From IMG/VR virus record IMGVR_UViG_3300005805_000357, positions 1 to 28,136 of that record: a DNA stretch of 28,136 nucleotides. The stretch is one strand, 5' to 3'. Positions within the stretch are counted from its first letter, which is position 1. Each line of letters begins with the position of its first letter. Position numbers and translations under genes: made by a program. Below are positions 8,437 to 17,859 of this stretch, one piece after another. The DNA is from a virus. Taxonomy: Duplodnaviria; Caudoviricetes. Under the pieces are notes generated by a model. It was given only the letters and a program-made list of their open reading frames with translations, searched no databases and had not been told where the DNA came from.

Positions 8437-9294
8437 ATGGCTGACACAAACACTACATTCACACCAGAAGAAGAAGCTCTATTAGTTAAAGGAGAATCTT
8501 TTGGTGGATTTACACAAAGACCAATTGGAATTGGTGAGTATCCGTATGTTACTGTTGAAGAAACAGCATCAGGCCATACAAAAATTGAAGATAACACTGT
8601 TGGTTCTGAAAAACTTGTTGAAATTCACCGAACTGGAACTTACACAGCAATACTTCCTGATGGATCACAAGAAAATAAAATTGTAGGTAGAAATGTTGTT
8701 ATTGTTGAAAAAAATAATGAAGTAACAATATTAGGTGCTTGTAATATTACCATTCACGGAGATTCAAACATTGAGGTGAAAGGTAACAAATATGAAAGAG
8801 TTATAGGCAATTATATATTAGAAGTTCAGGGAGATTTTACAAAAACTGTTATTGGAGATGATAGCACCTCTGTTGGCGGTGATGCTAATCTTCTTGTTAG
8901 TCCAACAGGAACAGGAAAATTTAGAATAACCACAGGTGAAGCTGGGTCAGCTATTAATAGCTCTTTATTTGTTGATGGAGAAGTACAGGCTACATCAATT
9001 TCATCAAAAACATCCGTCACCGCTGGCACAGGAATTGTGGCTGGTATTCCAGGATCAAGTGTTACAGGATCAGAGTTTGCGGGAATTAGAACTTTAGGTG
9101 GAATCACAGTTGGTGCAATGACGCCAGCATTACCAGGTTGTGTTGACGCTGTTGTGAATGTTAAATCACCATTAATTACTGGTGTGCAAGTTTTAGATAT
9201 TAGAGGTCCAATGGAACTAATAAGACAGATGTTCAATGGACATATACACCCAACTCCAAGAGGTCCATCGGGTCCTCCTATACCTTTGATGTAA
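8437..9294 (+). CDS. gp5 C-terminal / central spike beta-helix protein with HxH apex
   Basis: YPYVTVEETASGH..EDNT.GSEKL.EIHRTGTY..I.PDG followed by V.G-type beta-helix repeats, ending FNGHIHPTPRGPSGPP. Confidence 0.82.
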   Translation: MADTNTTFTPEEEALLVKGESFGGFTQRPIGIGEYPYVTVEETASGHTKIEDNTVGSEKLVEIHRTGTYTAILPDGSQENKIVGRNVVIVEKNNEVTILGACNITIHGDSNIEVKGNKYERVIGNYILEVQGDFTKTVIGDDSTSVGGDANLLVSPTGTGKFRITTGEAGSAINSSLFVDGEVQATSISSKTSVTAGTGIVAGIPGSSVTGSEFAGIRTLGGITVGAMTPALPGCVDAVVNVKSPLITGVQVLDIRGPMELIRQMFNGHIHPTPRGPSGPPIPLM

Positions 9295-9304
9295 TGGAAT
9301 TATT

Positions 9305-10132
9305 ATGGCCGCAAATAGTGTATTCGCTCGTTTAAATTATAGTTTTGATGATAAAAAGTTTGGCGATAGCATTTATCTAACCGATCAAGCGAAAAAATTT
9401 CTAGAGCTTGCTCCTCCTGATGTTACAGAATGGCAACAAAATGATATTGCTGATGATGTAGTATCAAGAAGTAGATATTATGTAAATCCAACAGCCGATG
9501 TTTGTTCTACACTTTTAGCTAATGCTAATATAATTTTTGAATCTGCTAATAATGATCCAGCAAACACATTCACACAGACTGGTGCTGGTAATGCTGCTAT
9601 GGATTTGGCAAATACAACAGCATTATTCATCACAGAAATTATAGCATTTAAGTCTCACACAGATAATATATCCGGACTAACAATTGCAACATCTAACAGC
9701 ACAACAATTCCACAATTTGATTCGGTTGTTAGTATTGGCCAACAACTTTTAACTTTAACTAATACAACAGACGGCATCTCCAATTCAACACCAATGCTTG
9801 GTAGTTTAACTAGCCTGTTTATTGGTGACGATTTAGCTAATAATAATTTAATTATCCACACCGATAGGCTTGCTATGGATGCTGCCAATGTGGGTGGAAT
9901 ATCAAGTTTAACGGCAAATCAAATTAACCTTATTATAACTCATGTGCAAACAGCCAATACTTTAGTTAGTACCAGAAGATATCACGATTGGAATTTTTAC
10001 GAAAAATCATATCAAATTTTAAGTGATTATTACTTTGTTAAAAAATTCACGAATATGGGTAACACAAGTACATATTTGGTTAATAATTTGATTGGAACTG
10101 ACCTTATAAAGACTAATATTGCCAACACATAG
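9305..10132 (+). CDS. Hypothetical virion protein (Ala/Asn/Thr-rich)
   Basis: 275-aa ORF tightly packed between the spike gene and gp25; GGA SD-like sequence upstream. Confidence 0.7.
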   Translation: MAANSVFARLNYSFDDKKFGDSIYLTDQAKKFLELAPPDVTEWQQNDIADDVVSRSRYYVNPTADVCSTLLANANIIFESANNDPANTFTQTGAGNAAMDLANTTALFITEIIAFKSHTDNISGLTIATSNSTTIPQFDSVVSIGQQLLTLTNTTDGISNSTPMLGSLTSLFIGDDLANNNLIIHTDRLAMDAANVGGISSLTANQINLIITHVQTANTLVSTRRYHDWNFYEKSYQILSDYYFVKKFTNMGNTSTYLVNNLIGTDLIKTNIANT

Positions 10133-10140
10133 AATAAATA
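10133..10140 (+). promoter_or_regulatory. Late promoter variant AATAAATA upstream of gp25
   Basis: 7/8 match to TATAAATA, followed by GAAC-ATG exactly as at gp2. Confidence 0.7.
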
Positions 10141-10144
10141 GAAC

Positions 10145-10543
10145 ATGGCATCCTCAATAATCAATAGACAGTATAGTGATCTGGACCTGAATTTCACAAT
10201 TCATCCAGTCAGAAAAGATATTAATAGATGGACAGATGAACAAGCTGTCATACATTCTGTTCGGAATCTATTGGTTACAAATCATTACGAGAGACCATTT
10301 CAACCGGACTTGGGTTCTAATGTTCGTAGGATGCTGTTTGAACCATTAGACAATATTACTGCATCAAACTTAGAAAGAGAAATAAGACAAACCATTAGTA
10401 ATTTTGAACCTAGAGTTACAATAACAACTTTACAGGTTGCACCAAATGAGCAACAAAATGCATTTGGTGTATACATGGAGTTTGAAATTATTAACAGAAC
10501 TGAACCAATAACAATAAGATTTTTGCTGCAACGGATAAGATAA
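10145..10543 (+). CDS. gp25: Baseplate wedge subunit / sheath initiator, T4 gp25
   Basis: YSDLDLNF..HP, AVIHSVRNLLVTNHYERPFQPDLGS, LFEP, I.NFEPRV. Confidence 0.95.
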   Translation: MASSIINRQYSDLDLNFTIHPVRKDINRWTDEQAVIHSVRNLLVTNHYERPFQPDLGSNVRRMLFEPLDNITASNLEREIRQTISNFEPRVTITTLQVAPNEQQNAFGVYMEFEIINRTEPITIRFLLQRIR

Positions 10544-10544
10544 A

Positions 10545-12596
10545 ATGGCTAATAGACTCCGTGTAACGGAACTTGATTTTGATCAAATCAAAAATAATTT
10601 AAGAACATTTCTAAAACAACAATCTCAATTTCAAGATTATGATTTTGAAGGTGCTGGTTTAAACATTCTTTTAGATTTGTTGGCGTACAACACACACTAC
10701 AACGCATATTATCTTAATATGGTTGCCAATGAATCATTTTTAGATACTGCTATTCTAAGAGATTCTGTTGTGTCTCATGCTAAAATGTTAAACTATGTTC
10801 CATTTTCATACACTTCACCTAAAGCTATTATTAATGTGACAATTGATTCCGGGACAACAACTCCTGAAGAAGTAACTATTCCTAAAGGTTACATTTTCTT
10901 ATCAAATCCAATTGACGGCACATCGTATAGTTTTGTGACACTCAATCAATATACGGCTACAAAATCTGGCACATCTTTTTTCTTTGAAAATGTGGATGTG
11001 TATGAAGGACAATTAGCTACATTCAACTACACATATACTGAAATTGATAATCCAAAAGGCATCTTTATTATTAATGATACTAATATTGATACTAAATCTA
11101 TTAGTATTACTGTTCAACCAAATTCATCAAATACAGCATCAAGCATTTATTCAAAAGTTGATGACATATTAGATGTTACATCTGAGAGTGAAGTTTTCTT
11201 CCTACAAGAAGGCCGCAATGGAAATTATGAAGTTTATTTTGGTGATGGTGTTGTTGGTAAAAAGTTACCAGACGGATCAATTGTTTCAATTCAATACCTG
11301 ATAACAAAGGGTGATATTGCCAATGGTGCTGATGCATTTATTGGATCACAACTCATTGGAACATATTCTGATTTTACAATCACTGTTGCTGATGTAGCTG
11401 CTGGGGGTGCAATTAATGAATCTGTAGATTCTATTAAATTTTCAGCTGCTGCTCAATATGCTACACAAAATAGACTTGTGACTGTTAAAGATTATGAATC
11501 ATATATCAAGAGTAAATATCCAAGTGTAGACAGTTTATCTGTTTGGGGTGGTGAAGATAATATACCTAAAGTTTTTGGTAAAGTTTATATTGCACTAAAA
11601 CCAAAAACAAATTATTTTATTTCTGAGACTGAAAAACAAAGAATCATTGACGAGATTATTAATCCAAAAGCTATCGTTTCTGTGCAGGCAGAAATTCGTG
11701 ATCCGCAATTTTTGTATATTCTTCTTGAAAATTCAGTTCAATACAATGCGAAAAAAACAGCCTTAGATGAACAAACAATTAAAAATAATATTAAACAAGC
11801 TATTTTGTTGTATAAAACCACAAACTTAGATAAATTTAATTCAACATTTATTCAATCAAAATTACAAGAAATTATTGATGCAACAAATGGCAATTCAATT
11901 GTTGGCTCAGAAACAAATGTTAGAGTACAAAAAAGATTTCAACCTAAATTAAATGAATCAGCTAGTTACAGGATTGAATATAATGTTCCGTTATTTCGTG
12001 GAACAACAGTAAACAAATTAACTTCAACTCCATTCACAGTGAATGACATTACTGGAGTTAGTAGAGTTGCTTTCTTTGAAGAAACTCCACAATCATTTAC
12101 AGGAATTTCAGAAGTTCAAGTTACAAATTCTGGTGCAGGTTACATAACAGAACCCACAGTTACGATTAGTGGTGACGGCACAGGCGCTACAGCTAGAGCT
12201 ATTATAGTGAATGGTAAAATACAAAGAATAGATGTTGTTAATCGTGGTGTTGATTACACAAGAGCAATTATTACTATATCTGGTGGAAGTGGATTTGGTT
12301 CAGAGGCCGTTGCAGTTATTGATGGTAGAACAGGCACATTGAGAACAATTTATTTTGATAGTTTGGCACAAAGACAAATCATTAATTCAAATGTAGGAAC
12401 AATTGATTATGATAATGGTATTATAACTATCAATAGTATTAATTTCTTAACTGTTGACTCTGATGATGGATTGGTAAGGCTGACGATCCAATCAGACAAA
12501 GGTATTATTCAATCAACAAGAGATACGATTGTGACTATTGATGCTGATGATCCTGTTTCTATTTTGACTGAACTAGAAAAGAAATCTAACGTATAA
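10545..12596 (+). CDS. gp6: Baseplate wedge subunit, T4 gp6
   Basis: TELDFDQIKNNL..FL..Q..FQDYDFEGAGLNILLDLLAYNTHY, NESFLDTA..RDSVVSHAK, QNRLVTVKDY, VWGGED, GKVYIALKP. Confidence 0.95.
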   Translation: MANRLRVTELDFDQIKNNLRTFLKQQSQFQDYDFEGAGLNILLDLLAYNTHYNAYYLNMVANESFLDTAILRDSVVSHAKMLNYVPFSYTSPKAIINVTIDSGTTTPEEVTIPKGYIFLSNPIDGTSYSFVTLNQYTATKSGTSFFFENVDVYEGQLATFNYTYTEIDNPKGIFIINDTNIDTKSISITVQPNSSNTASSIYSKVDDILDVTSESEVFFLQEGRNGNYEVYFGDGVVGKKLPDGSIVSIQYLITKGDIANGADAFIGSQLIGTYSDFTITVADVAAGGAINESVDSIKFSAAAQYATQNRLVTVKDYESYIKSKYPSVDSLSVWGGEDNIPKVFGKVYIALKPKTNYFISETEKQRIIDEIINPKAIVSVQAEIRDPQFLYILLENSVQYNAKKTALDEQTIKNNIKQAILLYKTTNLDKFNSTFIQSKLQEIIDATNGNSIVGSETNVRVQKRFQPKLNESASYRIEYNVPLFRGTTVNKLTSTPFTVNDITGVSRVAFFEETPQSFTGISEVQVTNSGAGYITEPTVTISGDGTGATARAIIVNGKIQRIDVVNRGVDYTRAIITISGGSGFGSEAVAVIDGRTGTLRTIYFDSLAQRQIINSNVGTIDYDNGIITINSINFLTVDSDDGLVRLTIQSDKGIIQSTRDTIVTIDADDPVSILTELEKKSNV

Positions 12597-15184
12597 TGAT
12601 TGATCAAGCAACTTCTTTACTGGTAAACAGTCAGTTACCCGAATTTGTTCGTGAAGAACATCCAAATTTTATTGCTTTTCTGGAAGCATATTATGAATAT
12701 TTGGAAAACAAACAAGGTACACAGTTAAATGATCTTGTAAAACAATCAAAACAAGCCAGATATTTTACCGATGTGGATACATCTGTTTCTGACTTTGAAG
12801 AAAACTTTTTCAATACATATGCAAATTTATTTCCTCAAGATGTTGAGGTTGATAAGTCTGTTTTACTAAAACATGTATTGCCGTTGTATCTTGCGAAAGG
12901 TAATGAAAAATCTTTTAAACTGTTGTTTAGATTGTTGTATAATGAAGAAGTTGAGGTTCTTCGGCCAAAAACAAACGTACTCAAACTATCTTCAGGTAAT
13001 TGGTTAATTGAAAATATTTTTAGATCATCTCAAGAAGTTTATAGCACATATACGGGTAATGGCACAGAAAAAACATTTAAGTTAGCTCAGGTTGCTTCAT
13101 ATGATGAAGTTACGGTATATGTGAACGATGTTGTACAAACATCTGGTTACGGCATTAGAAAAGAGTTAAGAAAATTAGTTTTTGATACAGCGCCAGCTAA
13201 TAATTCAGTAATTAAAGTTTTATATGATAATTTTAATTTTAGGTTATTAACAAACAGAAAATTAATTGGTGAAATTTCTGGTGCTTCTGCTCTTATTGAA
13301 AAGGTAACTCAAAGAACAGTTAATGCTGTACCTGCATTTGAATTATATGTAAACTCAAAAACTTTAGTCGGCGCCTTTGAAAACGGTGAATCGGGCACAA
13401 TAGAAATAATTGACCCTGAAGATGAAACTCTAATTACAATTGAAGTTTTAGGGTTGTCTAATTTAAGTGCAATTACTATTCTTAACGGTGGATCTAGCTA
13501 TAATGTTGGTGATCCTGTTATAATTACCGGCGGCGGTGCTTCAGAGGATGCTGAAGCTATTGTATCAGAGGTGTTTTCTGGTTTTATAGACAAGGTTACG
13601 GCTGTTGCTGGTGGAGCAGGATTTAAAGTTGGATCAAATGTTAACGTGGTTGGACTTGCTGCAAACTCAGCATTAGTATTGGCAATAGACGGTGTTGACA
13701 CAAGTGGCCAAAACACAGCAAATAGTTTTACTGTAAACACGGATAGAATTGCTGATCTTGCAACAATTAATATTTCAGATGCAAATTACGGTTTCAATTC
13801 TTCAGTTATACCTGGTGGTGAAAATGCAAACACAAAACTCATTGATGCATTTTCTTTCACCACAATAACTTCTATTGGTGCTATTACCAATGTTGCTATT
13901 TTGTTTTCAAACACAACATTTGCAACAGTTCCAACACTTGATGCTGATTCAGCACAGTATACTGCAAACTCAACAACTCATTTTGTATTAAGTTCTGGAT
14001 CATTGGGTAGAATTGGAATCAATAATGGTGGAAATGGGTATCAAATTGGCGATGAAATAATTTTTAGTAATAAAGAGATGCAGTTTGGAATTGGTGCAGC
14101 AGCTGCTGTAACAAATGTTTCTTCTAACGGAGCTATTACTCAGGTAGAATTACAGCCATCAAGAATTATAGGAACAGCTAATACCTTTGGTACAGCAAAC
14201 TCAACGGTTATTGGAACAAATACATTATTTGAAACTACGTTGCGTGTTGGTGATAGAATTATAATTAATAATGAATCACGATTTGTTAACACCATCACAT
14301 CAAATACATCACTTAATGTCAATGTGAGTTTTAGTAAAGCTTCAACAAATAAACCTATTGGCAAACACGGACAACATTTGATTGGTGGCCAAAATTATGT
14401 AGCTGATAAATTACCAACAATAACAGTATCGTCATTAAACGGTGCAAATGCTAATTTATCAGTAATAGCTCTGATGGGCGATGGCGAAAATTTATCAGGT
14501 TTGTCTACTAGCCCGTTAGGTCAAATATTGAATATTCGTATTACTGACGGTGGTTTTGGTTATGAGTTTCCGCCACAAATTATTTTAACGGGTTCTGGTG
14601 ATGGTACTGCTCAAGCAAACGGTGTTATTGAATCAACATATGTAACTCTTCCTGGTCGTTGGACTACATCTGATGGCATTCTCTCAGCCTCTGAACGAGT
14701 CGTACAAGGCCGTGAATACTATGTTGACTACTCATATGTCCTATCTTCATCGGTTGAGTTCCGTAAATTTAAAGAAATATTTAAGAATTTAGTTCACCCA
14801 GCTGGTTTTATACAATATGCAGAGTATAAAATTGATGAAGTTATTGCTGCAAATAATTTATCAACATCAACAATCACTCCTGCTAAAACAATTTCTGGCG
14901 TTGTTAATGTAAATAACAGCATTTATATAACAGGTATAAATACTAAGTTCCTTTCTGCTCAATCTTTAGATATTATTTCTGTTGGTACTAGTGTAGCTGT
15001 TAACACGGAAATTAGATACATTGATAGTATTCTAAGTGATACTTTATTGACAGTTAATCCAGCATTTAGCCAAACAGCTAATTTACAAGAAATGGTTATT
15101 TTTAGTGGCGTTGAACCTTTGTTGGTATTCACTGAAAACAATCTGCCACTTGTCACAGAAAATAACGAAATAATAATACTATAA
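12596..15184 (+). CDS. gp7: Baseplate wedge initiator, T4 gp7-like
   Basis: QLPEFVREEHPNFIAFLEAYYEYLE, YLAKGNEKSFKLLFRLLY, YYVDYSYVL, K.LVHPAGF; directly after gp6. Confidence 0.82.
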   Translation: MIDQATSLLVNSQLPEFVREEHPNFIAFLEAYYEYLENKQGTQLNDLVKQSKQARYFTDVDTSVSDFEENFFNTYANLFPQDVEVDKSVLLKHVLPLYLAKGNEKSFKLLFRLLYNEEVEVLRPKTNVLKLSSGNWLIENIFRSSQEVYSTYTGNGTEKTFKLAQVASYDEVTVYVNDVVQTSGYGIRKELRKLVFDTAPANNSVIKVLYDNFNFRLLTNRKLIGEISGASALIEKVTQRTVNAVPAFELYVNSKTLVGAFENGESGTIEIIDPEDETLITIEVLGLSNLSAITILNGGSSYNVGDPVIITGGGASEDAEAIVSEVFSGFIDKVTAVAGGAGFKVGSNVNVVGLAANSALVLAIDGVDTSGQNTANSFTVNTDRIADLATINISDANYGFNSSVIPGGENANTKLIDAFSFTTITSIGAITNVAILFSNTTFATVPTLDADSAQYTANSTTHFVLSSGSLGRIGINNGGNGYQIGDEIIFSNKEMQFGIGAAAAVTNVSSNGAITQVELQPSRIIGTANTFGTANSTVIGTNTLFETTLRVGDRIIINNESRFVNTITSNTSLNVNVSFSKASTNKPIGKHGQHLIGGQNYVADKLPTITVSSLNGANANLSVIALMGDGENLSGLSTSPLGQILNIRITDGGFGYEFPPQIILTGSGDGTAQANGVIESTYVTLPGRWTTSDGILSASERVVQGREYYVDYSYVLSSSVEFRKFKEIFKNLVHPAGFIQYAEYKIDEVIAANNLSTSTITPAKTISGVVNVNNSIYITGINTKFLSAQSLDIISVGTSVAVNTEIRYIDSILSDTLLTVNPAFSQTANLQEMVIFSGVEPLLVFTENNLPLVTENNEIIIL

Positions 15185-15200
15185 CAGGAAATATAAAAAA

Positions 15201-16280
15201 ATGTCAACAGCTAGCTACGCTAATAGTGCTTTTGAAGCTGCCAATTCAGCTGGTAGCTACGCTAATAGTGCATTCATTACTGCTAATACTGCTAATGCAG
15301 CTATTAATACTAAAACAACAATCAATGCATTAAACTTTCTTTCAGCTCCATCTTCTAATACATTAAACACGGTATTTCTAGTTGTTGACCTGCAAACAGG
15401 AACACCAACAACTAGAAAAATGTCATTGTCAGTTTTGTCAGAAAGATCAGCAAACTTTGCATTTGAAGCCGCTAATAGTGCTGGGTCATATGCGAACGCA
15501 GCCTTTGCTGCCGCTAATAGTGCATCTGGTGCAGCAGCTGCCAGTTCATATGCTAACTCAGCCTTTGTTGCCGCTAACAGTGCTGGTTCATACGCCAATT
15601 CAGCCTTTGTTCATGCGAATGCAGCATTTGATGCCGCTAATAGTTCTAGTGGTGCAGCAGCTGCCAGTTCATACGCTAACTCAGCCTTTGTTGCAGCTAA
15701 TAGTGCTGGTTCATATGCCAACTCAGCTTTTGTTGCAGCTAACAGTGCTGGTTCTTATGCTAACGCAGCTTTTATCGCAGCTAACGCTGCTACAGATACA
15801 GATGCAACACAGAACAACAGCATAACAGCATCCTTTATTCATGCTAACTCTGGTTTTAATTTTGCTAACGTAGCTGCAAACCTTGCATTATCATTTGGTG
15901 CTACAACAATATTGGAAGTAACAAACAACGGAGCTGCTGCTTATAGATTTAGCCAATATGGTGTATTAGATAATCCTAATGTATCTACCTTTAGTGCTAC
16001 AACTTTAGGTTTTAAATTAAATGTTACTGGTCATCCATTTCACATTAGATTAGGTGATAATTCTACTGATTTTGATACAGGATTGGTACATGTTTCACCC
16101 ACAGGAACACTATCTTATGATTCAGCTGCACAAGGTCAAGTAAGTGGAACATTGTTTTGGAGAATACCACATACTTCTGTTGGTAATTATAAGTATCGTT
16201 GTTCTATTCATACAGCTGCAATGCTTGGTGAAATTAATGTTGCTAACACAGCAGGTATTTACCTTGCTTATAACACTTAA
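15201..16280 (+). CDS. Fibre-like virion protein: ANSA-heptad stalk plus C-terminal cupredoxin-like domain
   Basis: Repeated ANSAGSY/ANSAFVA heptads, then GHPFHIR...YKYRCSIHTAAMLGEINV (His...Cys-x2-His-x3-Met). Confidence 0.7.
   Translation: MSTASYANSAFEAANSAGSYANSAFITANTANAAINTKTTINALNFLSAPSSNTLNTVFLVVDLQTGTPTTRKMSLSVLSERSANFAFEAANSAGSYANAAFAAANSASGAAAASSYANSAFVAANSAGSYANSAFVHANAAFDAANSSSGAAAASSYANSAFVAANSAGSYANSAFVAANSAGSYANAAFIAANAATDTDATQNNSITASFIHANSGFNFANVAANLALSFGATTILEVTNNGAAAYRFSQYGVLDNPNVSTFSATTLGFKLNVTGHPFHIRLGDNSTDFDTGLVHVSPTGTLSYDSAAQGQVSGTLFWRIPHTSVGNYKYRCSIHTAAMLGEINVANTAGIYLAYNT
15210..15790 (+). repeat. Intragenic tandem repeats (21/42-nt units; 123-nt duplication)
   Basis: GGTGCAGCAGCTGCCAGTTCATA(T/C)GCTAACTCAGCCTTTGTTGC occurs at 15528 and 15651; many GCTAA(T/C)AGTGC units. 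Confidence 0.9.
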
Positions 16281-16286
16281 TAAATA
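16279..16286 (+). promoter_or_regulatory. Late promoter variant AATAAATA upstream of gp8
   Basis: 7/8 match in the short intergenic gap, 10 nt before ATG 16297. Confidence 0.6.
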
Positions 16287-16296
16287 GATTATATCC

Positions 16297-17847
16297 ATGG
16301 CAACTAATTACACTTCCAAAAAACTGTCGTTTAATAACGCAGAACAATTCAAAGAATCATTTTCCGAACCAGAACCAGCGACTGTTGGTTATGTTTTCAT
16401 TGGAAATCATGTTCCGTATGCCAACGAATCTTCTCCTGATTCAATCATAGATTCCACGTTTGATGAAAAAACGGTTTGGGATAATATGTTTGCAGCCAAA
16501 AAAGTTACAGGCAATGATGTTGAATTGGTTGCACCTCGGGTCAATTGGACAGCTAACACAAAATATAAACAATTTGATGATAAAATTGACATTGATACAC
16601 TACTGACAGGCAACACAACATTAAATTTAAAACCAATGTATGTGATTACTTCTGGTAGAAATGTGTATAAATGTTTATCTAATAATGCATCAGCTAATTC
16701 AACCGTTGAACCAATTGATGACTTTGTGACTTCTAATGGTACAATTTCAACAGCTGATGGATATATTTGGAAGTATCTATTTAATGTTAAACCATCAAAT
16801 AGATTTCTAACTAATGATTGGATTCCTGCACCTGTATCAACATCAAAATTGGATTACGGTGTCAGTTCAACCAGCCCTGTTGACGGAGAATTAACTACAA
16901 TTATTGTTGTTAATGGTGGCACTGGTTATCAAAATCCAACGATAAACACCACAGCATTTTTAAGTGGAGTATCAACATTAACTCTTGCAAACACGGCAAA
17001 TGTGGCTGCAAATATGATAGTTTCTGGAACAGGAATAGCTACAGACACATTGGTTAGTTCAGTAAACACATTAACAAATATTGTAACCCTATCTACACCA
17101 ACAATTGCTGTTGGCGGAGGGTCAGGAAATACAACAACATTTACAACAAGAATTTATATTGAAGGTGATGGAATAGGAGCTGAAGCTTCTGCAAATATTG
17201 TCAATAGTTCAATAGCTAAAATAACTGTTGATACTTTTGGGACAGGATATACTTTTGCAAATGCTTTTGTTTTTGGTTCTGGTACAAATGCAAATACACG
17301 ATGCATAATTCCACCAAAATGGGGACATTCATTTAATCCAGCCAAAGAAATAAATGCAAGTAATGTTATGATAAACGAAAGAATAGGTTCTGTGAATTCT
17401 ACGGAACAAGGATTGATATCGGTAGACACATCAATTAGACAATATGGATTGTTAAGAGATCCGTATAAATACGATAGTATAACACCAGCAATTAGTTCCA
17501 ATGCGAATAGTGTGATTTCACAAACAACCAATCTAACACTAGTTGCCGGCACTGATTTCACATTAAATGAGTTTGTTTATCAAGGATCTTCCGCAAATAC
17601 AGCTACTTTTTACGGTAGAGTTAATGCTCAGTCCAGTAACGAAGTTAGGTTGTCGGGGGTGAGAGGAGTATCCACAGTTGGTGGAACACTTATTGGTGCA
17701 ACATCAGGTGTTATAAGAACAGTTGTTAAAGAAGCTAAACCAGAATTTGAACCGTATACTGGTGATATTTTATATGCGGAAAATGTTACAAAAATAGATA
17801 GAGCAGATGGACAAGCTGAAAATATCAAGTTTGTTATTAGATTCTAA
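16297..17847 (+). CDS. gp8: Baseplate wedge subunit, T4 gp8-like
   Basis: NAEQFKESF, YVFIG, WDNMFAAKKV, PRVNW, VYKCLSNN..STVEP, DGYIWKYLF, WIP, GDILYAEN..I.RADGQ.ENIKFVIRF. Confidence 0.9.
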   Translation: MATNYTSKKLSFNNAEQFKESFSEPEPATVGYVFIGNHVPYANESSPDSIIDSTFDEKTVWDNMFAAKKVTGNDVELVAPRVNWTANTKYKQFDDKIDIDTLLTGNTTLNLKPMYVITSGRNVYKCLSNNASANSTVEPIDDFVTSNGTISTADGYIWKYLFNVKPSNRFLTNDWIPAPVSTSKLDYGVSSTSPVDGELTTIIVVNGGTGYQNPTINTTAFLSGVSTLTLANTANVAANMIVSGTGIATDTLVSSVNTLTNIVTLSTPTIAVGGGSGNTTTFTTRIYIEGDGIGAEASANIVNSSIAKITVDTFGTGYTFANAFVFGSGTNANTRCIIPPKWGHSFNPAKEINASNVMINERIGSVNSTEQGLISVDTSIRQYGLLRDPYKYDSITPAISSNANSVISQTTNLTLVAGTDFTLNEFVYQGSSANTATFYGRVNAQSSNEVRLSGVRGVSTVGGTLIGATSGVIRTVVKEAKPEFEPYTGDILYAENVTKIDRADGQAENIKFVIRF

Positions 17848-17859
17848 GGAAAAATTTTA

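Noticed and set aside
15210-15790. Regular repeats as a CRISPR array
   Set aside because: The repeats are in-frame coding units with third-position variation and no unique spacers.
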